From positions 1 through 33,656 of IMG/VR virus record IMGVR_UViG_3300040971_000209: DNA of 33,656 nucleotides, one strand, 5' to 3'. The stretch's first letter is position 1, and each line of letters opens with the position of its first letter. The translations under genes were made by a program, and so were the position numbers. Below the pieces are notes generated by a model that ran no database searches, was not told the DNA's origin, and saw only the letters and a program-made list of their open reading frames with translations. Positions 7,320-15,460 of this stretch are shown piece by piece. The stretch is from a virus (Duplodnaviria > Caudoviricetes).

Positions 7320-8984
7320 ATGACTGAAGAAACTGGGGTCACCAAAACCACCGAGCAGGTCCTGCTGCGGGTTGCCGCCGAGAAGGAAAATCTCGCCAAG
7401 AGAGAGGCTGCTCGCGGTGAGAAGCCGGAGGAGATCACCTCCAAGTTTGTGATGCAGTGCCTGGAGTCCGAGCAGCTGGGTGACGGCATCCTCTATGCCG
7501 CGCTCCATAAAAACCGGTTCGTCTACGCCAAGAACAGCATGCAGTGGTATGTCTGGAACGAGCACACCTGGCGGCGGGATGACATGGATGAGGCTATCTC
7601 GGCCGTCGAGAATGTGGCCATCCGCTACGGCCAGGAGATCATGCTCCTGGAGCAGAACATCGAGAAGGCCAAACAGGGCGGCGACGAGGACGAGCTGAAG
7701 TGGGTCAAGCTGCGGGAAGGAAAAAAAATCGGCAAGATCCACACCCGGATCAGGGCGCTACGCCAGGACAAAGGCCGCAACGCCTGCCTCAAATTCTCCC
7801 ACACCAATCCAGTCAACCAGCTGGCCATCGCCGGCGGCGAGTTCGACCTCAACCCCTATCTCATGGGCGTCCAGAACGGGGTGGTCAACCTCCGCACCGG
7901 CGAGCTGGAGAAGGGCTACCCCTCCGACTTCATCCTCAAGCGCTGCGCCGTGCCCTACCTCGGAACCGATATCGATATGTCACTGCCGATCAGCACCATG
8001 CACTCGATCTATGACGGCGACGAGGAGAAGATCTCCTTCCTGCAGCGGCTGCTCGGTTCGGCGCTCCTGGGCAAGGTCATCGACCATGTTTTCCCGGTCT
8101 TCATCGGCCGGGGCCGCAACGGCAAGTCGCTGATCATCGAGAACCTGCGCTATGTCATGGGCGACTACGCCGGGATCGTGCCGGCTGAGATCATGCTCGA
8201 CTCCAACCGTCCAGCCGGACACGCCCAGTCGGATCCGGTCCTGATGTCGCTCAAGGGGTTGCGCCTGGCGATTGCATCTGAGACCGGGGAGGGCCGCAAG
8301 TTCTCGGCAGAGCGGGTCAAGTGGCTTACCGGAGGGGACACCCTGTCCGCCCGCGGCCTCTACGACAAACACCCGACCGATTTTGAGCCCTCGCACCTCC
8401 TGATCCTGATCACCAACCACGAGCCGGGGGCACCGGCAGGCGACATGGCCTTCTGGGAGCGCTGCTTCCTGATCAAGCATCCTCTCTCCTTTGTCCGCCG
8501 CAAGCCGGAAAAGGATTACGAGCGGGAGGCCGACGTCACCCTGGCCGACCGCAACCGGGCCGCCGGATCCGCCTGGCTGTCCTGGCTGGTCAGCGGCTGC
8601 ATCGACTGGCTGGACAGGGGCCTGGAGCCGCCAGAGTCGGTGCGGCAATCGACGCAGGAATACCGCGAGGACGAGGACTACATCGGCCAGTTCCTGGAGA
8701 CGTGCACGGTGATCGCCACCGGGTCTCGCTGCGGGGCCACCGAGCTCTATGAGGCCTTCAAGATCTGGTACCTGAAGGCGGTCAACGACAACAAGCGGTT
8801 CACCCCCTCGCAGCGGGCCTTCGGCTCCAAGCTCAAGGCCAGGGAGGAATTCCGGGCCAGCAAGGTCAAAGGTCTTTCTTACTATCACGGCCTGTCGCTC
8901 ACCAGGGAGTACCTGCAGGCGGTGATCAATGCCGCCAATCAGCCGCAGGAAGACCATAGGGAGGATAGCTATGTCCGGAATTAG
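7320..8984 (+). CDS. P4-family/D5-like SF3 helicase (primase-associated)
   Basis: D5_N-like region (FDLNPYLMGVQNGVVNLRTGEL), Walker A GRGRNGKS, LKGLRLAIASE, KWLTGGDTLSARGLY, ITNHEP, C-terminal winged-helix-like domain. Confidence 0.93.
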   Translation: MTEETGVTKTTEQVLLRVAAEKENLAKREAARGEKPEEITSKFVMQCLESEQLGDGILYAALHKNRFVYAKNSMQWYVWNEHTWRRDDMDEAISAVENVAIRYGQEIMLLEQNIEKAKQGGDEDELKWVKLREGKKIGKIHTRIRALRQDKGRNACLKFSHTNPVNQLAIAGGEFDLNPYLMGVQNGVVNLRTGELEKGYPSDFILKRCAVPYLGTDIDMSLPISTMHSIYDGDEEKISFLQRLLGSALLGKVIDHVFPVFIGRGRNGKSLIIENLRYVMGDYAGIVPAEIMLDSNRPAGHAQSDPVLMSLKGLRLAIASETGEGRKFSAERVKWLTGGDTLSARGLYDKHPTDFEPSHLLILITNHEPGAPAGDMAFWERCFLIKHPLSFVRRKPEKDYEREADVTLADRNRAAGSAWLSWLVSGCIDWLDRGLEPPESVRQSTQEYREDEDYIGQFLETCTVIATGSRCGATELYEAFKIWYLKAVNDNKRFTPSQRAFGSKLKAREEFRASKVKGLSYYHGLSLTREYLQAVINAANQPQEDHREDSYVRN

Positions 8985-9120
8985 GGAGGAAGGGGGACGA
9001 AAAAAACCGATTATACCTTTTACTAAAAGAGAGGTGCTTACGCGCGCGCCTACTTTATTGTTTTTTTTATCTTCTATCGTCTACCTAAGAAAAAAAGAGA
9101 AAAAAAGAAAGGGTATTAAA
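8957..9120. other. Candidate replication origin
   Basis: TAGGGAGGATAG (8957) and TAGGGAGGAAG (8982), an inverted related copy (9074-9087), central ACGCGCGCGC and long A/T tracts, between helicase and primase genes. Confidence 0.5.
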
Positions 9121-10518
9121 GTGACTAACTTATTGGAATTGTTACAATTACACGGAATAGAGCCCCGGCGTTCTTCGGTAGCCCATGGGGGGGAGTATTG
9201 CTCTGCATGCCCGGCTTGTGGGGATGGCGGTAAAGGAAAGGGGTCGGACCGTTTTCACATCTGGCCGGATAAACCGACCGGAGGCCTGGCCTCTGGTCGG
9301 TTCTGGTGTCGGCGCTGCGATATCAGCGGCGATACCATTGAGTTCGTCATGCGCTTTGACAATATGAATTTTCCCCAGGCCTGCGCCTCGCTCGGCATCC
9401 TGATCCCGGGCGGTACCCTGTTCCATTATTCCCGTCCGTCCACCCCATCCCTGCCCGCTGCCCAGCAGTCCGTGCCCAGGACCTATCCCGAGCCGTCGGC
9501 GGAATGGTCGCTGCGGGCCGCCGCCTTTCTGGCCGATTGCCAGGCCCGGCTGCTGGAGCGGCCTGAGGCCCTGACCTGGCTGGCCGGTCGCGGCATCGAT
9601 CTGGAGGCGGCAGTCGCCTACGGCCTCGGCTACAACGAGTCCAGCAAGGGAGGCGACCGCTACCGGCCCCGTCCGCTCTGGGGGCTGCAGCCCAAGAAGA
9701 ACGACAAGGGGAAGGATAAGAAGTTGTGGCTGCCGCGGGGCTGGGTCATCCCGATGTTCGTAGCGGACGGTCGGGTCCTGCAACTGCGGATCCGCCGCCT
9801 CGATGGTGATGTGGCCAAGTTCGCCGCCGATACCCGCTACCTGATGGTCGACGGCTCCAGCTCCGCCACCATGGTCCTCCATCCCGAGGCTGAGGCCCAT
9901 GCCGTGGTCGAGTCGGGACTCGACGCCATCCTGATTGCCGCCGCCTGTGGCGGCAAGGTCGGGGCGGTCACCACCTGGAACTGTTCGGCCCGTCCGGACG
10001 CCAGGGCCACCGAGATCCTCAACCGCTCGCAGTGTGTGCTCAACTGTTTTGATTTCGATGCCGCCGGGGAAAAAGAGCAGGCGTGGTGGGAGGAAACCTT
10101 CCGGCGCTACAAGAGATGGCCGGTACCGGTCGGCAAAGACCCAGGCGAGGCTTACGAAAAAGGGGTCGATATCCGCCAGTGGATCGTTGACGGTCTTCCC
10201 CATGGCCTCTCTACCGCAAATATCGTCAGTGAGGTCATGGCACCGGCAAAGAATGACGAAAACTGGCAGATCGTGACGTCGTCACTGGCGGAATCCAAGC
10301 CGTTCAAATTTGTCTTTACCGATGAGCCCGACCGATATCCCGAAATTCCCGCCGCTCCCGACAAGATCCCCGGCCTGAAATGGTGTCCACTCTGCGATGG
10401 AGATCGCTTCTGGGCCGGGGATGCAGGAGGCTTCTTCTGCATCGACTGCTCGCCGATTACCGTCCCTGGCCGGCTGGTCCATGCTACCGTGCCGCGCCGT
10501 GAATACGTGGTTGACTGA
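9121..10518 (+). CDS. DNA primase: N-terminal Zn ribbon, TOPRIM domain and C-terminal Zn ribbon
   Basis: GGEYCSACPACG...DRFHIWP...FWCRRC; VVESGLDA; CFDFDAAG; PVGKDPGE; terminal CPLC..FW..CIDC. Start placed at GTG 9121 because the 8929 extension crosses the A/T-rich intergenic tract. Confidence 0.88.
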   Translation: MTNLLELLQLHGIEPRRSSVAHGGEYCSACPACGDGGKGKGSDRFHIWPDKPTGGLASGRFWCRRCDISGDTIEFVMRFDNMNFPQACASLGILIPGGTLFHYSRPSTPSLPAAQQSVPRTYPEPSAEWSLRAAAFLADCQARLLERPEALTWLAGRGIDLEAAVAYGLGYNESSKGGDRYRPRPLWGLQPKKNDKGKDKKLWLPRGWVIPMFVADGRVLQLRIRRLDGDVAKFAADTRYLMVDGSSSATMVLHPEAEAHAVVESGLDAILIAAACGGKVGAVTTWNCSARPDARATEILNRSQCVLNCFDFDAAGEKEQAWWEETFRRYKRWPVPVGKDPGEAYEKGVDIRQWIVDGLPHGLSTANIVSEVMAPAKNDENWQIVTSSLAESKPFKFVFTDEPDRYPEIPAAPDKIPGLKWCPLCDGDRFWAGDAGGFFCIDCSPITVPGRLVHATVPRREYVVD

Positions 10519-10521
10519 AGC

Positions 10522-10556
10522 AATTAAGAATTACGAATTAAGAATTACAAATTAAA
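10522..10556 (+). repeat. Heptamer tandem repeat (AATTAMG)x5
   Basis: AATTAAG AATTACG AATTAAG AATTACA AATTAAA directly after the primase stop. Confidence 0.9.
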
Positions 10557-10566
10557 GGAAAAAGAA

Positions 10567-10773
10567 ATGGAAAGTAAAGTGATTACGGAGATGGAAAAGG
10601 AGATTGCCGGGAATGTTGAAGAGTATCTGGCAAGTGGTGAGTTCTTCAGTAAGAAGGCTTTTAAGAACACGAAAAACAATTTTCATATCGGGTACAACAA
10701 GGCATGTCTTGACCTGTCCCGCAAGCTGACAGCCATTAAGGCCAGGATCGGGATCTCAGGAGACCAGGCGTAA
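10567..10773 (+). CDS. Hypothetical protein (68 aa)
   Basis: AAAGGA SD; co-oriented with the operon. Confidence 0.65.
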   Translation: MESKVITEMEKEIAGNVEEYLASGEFFSKKAFKNTKNNFHIGYNKACLDLSRKLTAIKARIGISGDQA

Positions 10774-10998
10774 TGCTGTTTTTCTGGAATCAAAGACGCC
10801 TTCGACAAAGACTTCCATTATTTCGCCACGGGTTTCGTTTGTCCAGGTCTCGCTTCCCAAAGACTCGAGGTCTCCGCTGATGATGTCTCCGACCTCTATT
10901 TCACAGCCCCTGGTATCGAATGAGGTGTATTCATCATTCTCGGTAATCAGTGCCGCCATGCCGCGTTTGGGGTTAATCAGTGTAATTTTTCCTGTCAT
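10756..10998 (-). CDS. Small beta-rich (OB-fold-like) hypothetical protein, antisense orientation
   Basis: AAGGAG SD on minus strand; MTGKITLINPKRGMAALITENDEYTSFD...EVGDIISGDLESLG. Confidence 0.75.
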   Translation of the reverse strand: MTGKITLINPKRGMAALITENDEYTSFDTRGCEIEVGDIISGDLESLGSETWTNETRGEIMEVFVEGVFDSRKTALRLVS

Positions 10999-11077
10999 TG
11001 GTCTGCTCCTTGGAGGGTTGAATGGATGGTGTGATGGCCTCCGTAAATCCTACCTGGGGCGGACTTTTTTTTCAATG

Positions 11078-11107
11078 TTGACAAACGCCTCCATGATGGG
11101 CTATGCT
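11078..11107 (+). promoter_or_regulatory. Sigma70 promoter of the C4-Rha locus
   Basis: TTGACA (11078-11083) N18 TATGCT (11102-11107). Confidence 0.7.
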
Positions 11108-11166
11108 TCCCTTGTCGCTGGGATACCAGCGATCGGGTTTTGCAGCCTGATTCAAGGGTGGATATA

Positions 11167-11197
11167 CCGCCACCTATCTTTCGTTGGCGGTTTTTTT
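11167..11197 (+). terminator. Attenuator-type terminator in the C4 leader
   Basis: ACCGCCA...TGGCGGT followed by a T run. Confidence 0.65.
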
Positions 11198-11227
11198 ATG
11201 TCCACAGTATGGCTTTGCTCCTTCTTT

Positions 11228-11300
11228 GGGCGGGCCATGCGGGGAGCCTTCGGGCTCGCTGGGTTCCTTGACCAGTCTGCAAACCCGCATGGTTCCGTCC
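11228..11300 (+). ncRNA. C4-like antisense RNA (P1 C4 / P4 CI family)
   Basis: Long stem GGGCGGGCCATGCGGG / CCCGCATGGTTCCGTCC; GAGCC-TTCG-GGCTC hairpin; CTGCAAA (11277-11283) complementary to TTTGCAG at 11139 and 11309; TCCTTGA complementary to TCAAGG at 11152 and TCAAGGA at 11344 (the rha SD). Confidence 0.85.
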
Positions 11301-11358
11301 TTTTGCGTTTTGCAGCGCAATGGCGGAAAAAAATTTTTTCCACTCAAGGAGCACCGCT

Positions 11359-12192
11359 ATGAACACCGCCACCAGCACGCCCGCCGTATCCCCTAACCTG
11401 GCCATTATCGATGGCCGACCAGTAACCACCTCCCTTAATGTTGCCGAAGTGTTTGGCAAACAACACCAGCATGTTTTAAGGGCTATAGACCGCCTTGAGG
11501 TTCCTGATGATTTTGCCGCGTCCAATTTTGGACGCGGGTCTTATCTCGACGCCCAAAATCAACCTCGTCCCATGTACCAGATCACCCGCGACGGTTTCAC
11601 CCTCCTGGCCATGGGTTTCACCGGCAAGGCAGCCATGCGGTTCAAGCTGGCCTATATCGCCGCCTTCAATGCCATGGAAGCTGAATTGCTGGAGCAGGCC
11701 GCCGGTGGTTCCCGCAAGTCCGTCGATCTCAATTACTACCGGCGCACCCTTTCCCCTTCCGGCCTCGATATCCGCTACACCCTCGACCTGACCAAGATCA
11801 TCCTCCGCCCCACGCTCCAGTCCATGGCCATCATTGAGCGCCTGACCGGGGTGTCAATCCTTGATCTGAAAGAGCTTGCCGTCAGCGGCGGCGGCTTTAA
11901 AGAGGAGGTCGATTATATCGGCCAGTTCCTGGAGGCGTGCACGATCAGCGCCCCCGGCTCCCGGTGCGGGGCCACCAAACTCTATGAGGCCTTCAAGATC
12001 TGGTATCGTCAGGCGGTCAACGACAACAAACGCTTCACCCCCTCGCAGCGCGCCTTCGGCTCCAAGCTCAATGACAGGGGGGAGTTCCGCACCAACAAGG
12101 TCAACGGCCGGACCTATTACCACGGTTTGGCGCTGACCAATGAACACCCGCAGTCCGTGCTCACCCCCACCAATCAGGAGGTGCAAGCATGA
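11359..12192 (+). CDS. Rha-family regulator fused to a copy of the helicase C-terminal domain
   Basis: TTSLNVAEVFGKQHQHVLRAID...PMYQITRDGFTLLAMGFTGKAAMRFKLAYIAAFNAME is the Rha signature; the 76 aa encoded at 11911-12138 are 60/76 identical to the helicase C-terminus. Confidence 0.92.
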   Translation: MNTATSTPAVSPNLAIIDGRPVTTSLNVAEVFGKQHQHVLRAIDRLEVPDDFAASNFGRGSYLDAQNQPRPMYQITRDGFTLLAMGFTGKAAMRFKLAYIAAFNAMEAELLEQAAGGSRKSVDLNYYRRTLSPSGLDIRYTLDLTKIILRPTLQSMAIIERLTGVSILDLKELAVSGGGFKEEVDYIGQFLEACTISAPGSRCGATKLYEAFKIWYRQAVNDNKRFTPSQRAFGSKLNDRGEFRTNKVNGRTYYHGLALTNEHPQSVLTPTNQEVQA

Positions 12193-12497
12193 GTATGAAC
12201 GCGGCAGAGAGAAAAGACAAACTCGCCTGGATGAATGAAAATATGTACTCACTCATTGAGGCCATCGACTATGCGGAGTGGATGCTCATCCACGTGAAAG
12301 ACGAGAGGATTGATCCGTCCCTGAGGATTTCAACGCGCCTAAAGGTCATCAAGCATCATCTCCATGAGTACCGGATGAAGCAGGAAGTGGAGATATGTCT
12401 CTTCCGAAAACAGGAGGAGCGGCCACCGGCGAAGGTGTACCAGATTCGGCTGGTGATAAAAGAGAAGACAAAAAAATCAGCACCTGGCTGTGATTAA
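12189..12497 (+). CDS. Hypothetical protein (102 aa)
   Basis: GGAGGT SD; ATGA overlap with the rha stop. Confidence 0.7.
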   Translation: MSMNAAERKDKLAWMNENMYSLIEAIDYAEWMLIHVKDERIDPSLRISTRLKVIKHHLHEYRMKQEVEICLFRKQEERPPAKVYQIRLVIKEKTKKSAPGCD

Positions 12498-12512
12498 CCA
12501 AAAAGGAACCCC

Positions 12513-12758
12513 ATGAAAAACAAGCTGCTCGACCTCAACAACCATCTCTTTGCCCAGCTCGAAAGATTGTCCGACGAAGAGACGACCGGTGAAAAACTCA
12601 AGGAAGAAATTGAGCGCTCACGGGCAGTCGGTTTTATCGCCCGCAATATCATCGACAATGCCCAACTGGCCCTGGCCGCCCAGAAGGCCCTGGCTAACGA
12701 TGTCTCCACCCTGCCGGCAATGATCGGCATCGAGAGGACCACTTATGAACAATCATAG
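12513..12758 (+). CDS. Conserved phage protein (partner of the downstream HNH gene)
   Basis: MKNKLLDLNNHLFAQLERLSDE...EEIERSRAV, a pattern I recognise from phage genes preceding HNH genes. Confidence 0.8.
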   Translation: MKNKLLDLNNHLFAQLERLSDEETTGEKLKEEIERSRAVGFIARNIIDNAQLALAAQKALANDVSTLPAMIGIERTTYEQS

Positions 12759-13449
12759 CCGCTCCGGCCGCATATTCACTCCGGAGCAGATCCGGTTCCT
12801 GCAGGATAACTACGCCGGCAAGAGCGCCGCGGCCATGACCGAGATGTTCAACCTCGCCTTCCAGACGGCTATAACCTTGCAGCAGATCCGCACCGCCGTT
12901 CATAACCGGGGCATCAACTCCGGTCGGACCGGCCGCTTTGAAAAGGGGTTAACGCCGTGGAACAGGGACAAGAAAGGATACATTGGCGCCAACCCGACCA
13001 GCTTCGTCAAGGGCAACCGGCCGGCCAACTGGCAACCGCTGGGGACGGAGCGCATCGACAGCAAAGACGGATTTATCCTGGTGAAGATCGCCGAACGCAA
13101 TCCCTACACCGGGGCTCCGACCCGGTACAAGCACAAGCATGTGCATGTCTGGGAGACCCTGCACGGCCCGGTGCCGAAGGGGCATGTCGTCGCCTTCCGG
13201 GATGGGATCAAGATCAACTGCGAGCCGGACAACCTGATGCTGCTGACCAGGGCCGAGCTGCTGGTGCTGAACCAGCATGGCTACAAAGACGTTCCGCCGG
13301 AGCTGCAGCCGGCAGTGTTGGCCTTGGTCAAGGTCGAGGCCAAGGCCGGGTTCAGGACCCGCCCGGGCCGGGGTCGGAGAGCGGCAAAACGCCCCTCATG
13401 TCTCCAGCCCGTCCGCTCTGGTTCTGACCGGGAAAAGGTTTGTGGATGA
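12745..13449 (+). CDS. HNH endonuclease-family protein
   Basis: GRFEKG..PWN and SFVKGNRPAN repeats; HVHVWE..HGPVPKGHVVAFRDGIKINCEPDNL. Confidence 0.88.
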   Translation: MNNHSRSGRIFTPEQIRFLQDNYAGKSAAAMTEMFNLAFQTAITLQQIRTAVHNRGINSGRTGRFEKGLTPWNRDKKGYIGANPTSFVKGNRPANWQPLGTERIDSKDGFILVKIAERNPYTGAPTRYKHKHVHVWETLHGPVPKGHVVAFRDGIKINCEPDNLMLLTRAELLVLNQHGYKDVPPELQPAVLALVKVEAKAGFRTRPGRGRRAAKRPSCLQPVRSGSDREKVCG

Positions 13450-14012
13450 AAGAATGGCCTGAATACATCGACACCGCCACCCCTGCTGAAGTCCTGCGCC
13501 AACTGCATGACCTCGGTTACCCGGTGACCCAGCGCACCTTTTACCGCCATTGCGACCAGGGCAAGTGCCACAAGGGCAAGGATGGTCTCTACACCCGGCG
13601 CCTGGTCAAGCAGTATATCGAGACCGAGGGGATCCGGCGGGAGGGTGAGTCCGGCGTCGAGGAGAGCGGGCCGGATATCTCGGAGGCGATCAGGAAGCAG
13701 CGGCTGGAGAATGAGAAGCTGGAGTGGCACAACAAGACCGCCCGGCTCAAATACGAGACGGAGTCCGGGGCGCTGATCGAGCGCGAGGGGGTCTTCCTGG
13801 AGCTGGCCGCCCGCTATGTCACCCTCGACAACGCCTTCCGCCAGCACCTGGACCAGGCCGCCCCGGAGATCATCCTGGCGGTCGGCGGCGACCAGGCCCG
13901 GCTTGTCGAGTTTGCGGAGATGATGCTGGCGATGTGGGACGAGATGCTGAATGGGTTTGTCAATGTCGATGAGTTCGAGGTGTTGTTTGCTGATGAGGAG
14001 GAGAAGGGATGA
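13446..14012 (+). CDS. Terminase small subunit (Nu1-like)
   Basis: N-terminal HTH-like region (GYPVTQRTFYRH), coiled coil RLENEKLE...RLKYETESGALIERE, upstream of the GpA terminase; ATGA overlap with the HNH stop. Confidence 0.75.
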   Translation: MKEWPEYIDTATPAEVLRQLHDLGYPVTQRTFYRHCDQGKCHKGKDGLYTRRLVKQYIETEGIRREGESGVEESGPDISEAIRKQRLENEKLEWHNKTARLKYETESGALIEREGVFLELAARYVTLDNAFRQHLDQAAPEIILAVGGDQARLVEFAEMMLAMWDEMLNGFVNVDEFEVLFADEEEKG

Positions 14013-14492
14013 GTGATGAAGTCAAGGGGGAAAATGCCATGGTGCTGCAAGTAACCCATATAACTGTTTGGAAGATAGATAACGGCAATTCATGCGAAAA
14101 AATTGTTTTAGCAGCCGTATGCCATTTTTGCAAAAACGACGAGCTTATTGCTACAAGCGTTGATGTCCAGGGATGGGACCCTAAAGATTATCCCAATGCC
14201 GTTATCTGTGGAGGATGTGGGATGTCAGGGCCATGGGGAAAGACGGAAGAGGAAGCAGTCGACAAATGGAACGAAATTGCAGGAGTGGAAAAAGAAAACT
14301 CCACTGACTGGGAGTGTCATCCGCTGAGCGAATTTAAAGACGAGGACTGTCCTTTTTAAACAGAATAAGGAGATCTGGCCTTAACCAGATCATTAAATAA
14401 ATCAGGAGATTTGAAATGCTGGCGATGTGGGACGAGATGCTGAACGGGTTTGTCAATGTCGATGAGTTCGAGGTGCTGTTTGCGGATGAGGA
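13923..14492 (+). repeat. 77-bp direct repeat (13923-13999 / 14416-14492) of the terS 3' end
   Basis: 74/77 identical; the three differences are AAT/AAC, TTG/CTG and GCT/GCG. Confidence 0.95.
14009..14359 (+). CDS. Lar-like (restriction alleviation family) zinc-ribbon protein
   Basis: CHFC...AVICGGCGMSGP..TEEEAVDKWN pattern. Confidence 0.75.
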   Translation: MSDEVKGENAMVLQVTHITVWKIDNGNSCEKIVLAAVCHFCKNDELIATSVDVQGWDPKDYPNAVICGGCGMSGPWGKTEEEAVDKWNEIAGVEKENSTDWECHPLSEFKDEDCPF

Positions 14493-14505
14493 TAGCCAGG
14501 GATAA
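14416..14505 (+). CDS. 29-aa ORF reproducing the TerS C-terminus
   Basis: CAGGAG SD 7 nt before ATG; MLAMWDEMLNGFVNVDEFEVLFADEDSQG. Confidence 0.45.
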   Translation: MLAMWDEMLNGFVNVDEFEVLFADEDSQG

Positions 14506-14524
14506 GCCTTGGGAATAATTTGAA

Positions 14525-15460
14525 ATGGAGGAAGGAAGAATGAAAGAGCTACTTGAGCCAACCGATTGTTGGAAGAATGAAGACTTTGAGGACAATGTGG
14601 CTGCTGCAATTATTGCTTGCTACGAATCAAGGATAAAGAAAAATAAAGGGGCTCCACCTTCTGACCGTCTTAATGATGAACGATTGAAGTTATTTCGTGC
14701 TGTTGGACCATACATTCCAAGCGCCTCACGATTTGTTGTTAAATCAGAGCTGAAGAATGGATTTTTTGACACACAAAATGACCAGTTTCCTGAGCGGGGG
14801 TGTTTGAGTTTCCCAATTAAGAGCAGAGTGGCCGCTTGGGATGAATATGATGGTTATTTTTACAATTGCTATTTTTCAAAGGTCCCTGTTCTTGGGAAGT
14901 ATTGGAACCGTCAAGGTCCGGGACAAATTTATATGATGTTAATCTTGGTAATGACCAACGATGGTCGTGTTGACGGAGAAAGACGCTTTTTTACTGTGGA
15001 CAAAAAAAACGGCCTTATGGCCTGTGTGCAGCGCATGAATAATGTCCGGGGCTATATGCCCGGAGTCAAACAAAAGATGATACAAACAGACCAACAGATC
15101 GTGGACGATACAACAGTAAACGCTTCGTATGCCATGCAATACGCTGCTGACAGAAAGTTTTCGTGGGTAATAACCGCCACTGATGGAAGGGAAAAAGCAT
15201 CTCTTGGCTGTATGCGAGAAGAGGTAAAATCCCTTCTGTATGCCCGTGACCTGCCGATGTCTGAGACCGGTCGCAAGCGGCCTATTCTACATCTTGTTGC
15301 TGCCCATAAACGCCGGATAAAAAATGGGACGGACGTTGATGTGTCTCAGTTTCTACGTGGTCAACAAGAGGTTGAGATTAAAGGTACAAAATTTATTGTC
15401 CGCCCCCCTCTCGCAATGAGGGAAAACTTACCGACAAGCGGGCAATATTTCGCGGCATAA
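14525..15460 (+). CDS. Hypothetical phage protein (311 aa, AT-rich) between terS and terL
   Basis: Long ORF; GGAGG SD suggests start at 14540; C-terminal GRKRPILHLVAAHKR motif; function unknown. Confidence 0.85.
   Translation: MEEGRMKELLEPTDCWKNEDFEDNVAAAIIACYESRIKKNKGAPPSDRLNDERLKLFRAVGPYIPSASRFVVKSELKNGFFDTQNDQFPERGCLSFPIKSRVAAWDEYDGYFYNCYFSKVPVLGKYWNRQGPGQIYMMLILVMTNDGRVDGERRFFTVDKKNGLMACVQRMNNVRGYMPGVKQKMIQTDQQIVDDTTVNASYAMQYAADRKFSWVITATDGREKASLGCMREEVKSLLYARDLPMSETGRKRPILHLVAAHKRRIKNGTDVDVSQFLRGQQEVEIKGTKFIVRPPLAMRENLPTSGQYFAA

Noticed and set aside
8676-12138. Helicase/Rha repeat as a diversity-generating retroelement TR/VR pair
   Set aside because: Differences are not confined to adenines and many are synonymous third-position changes; no reverse transcriptase in the window.
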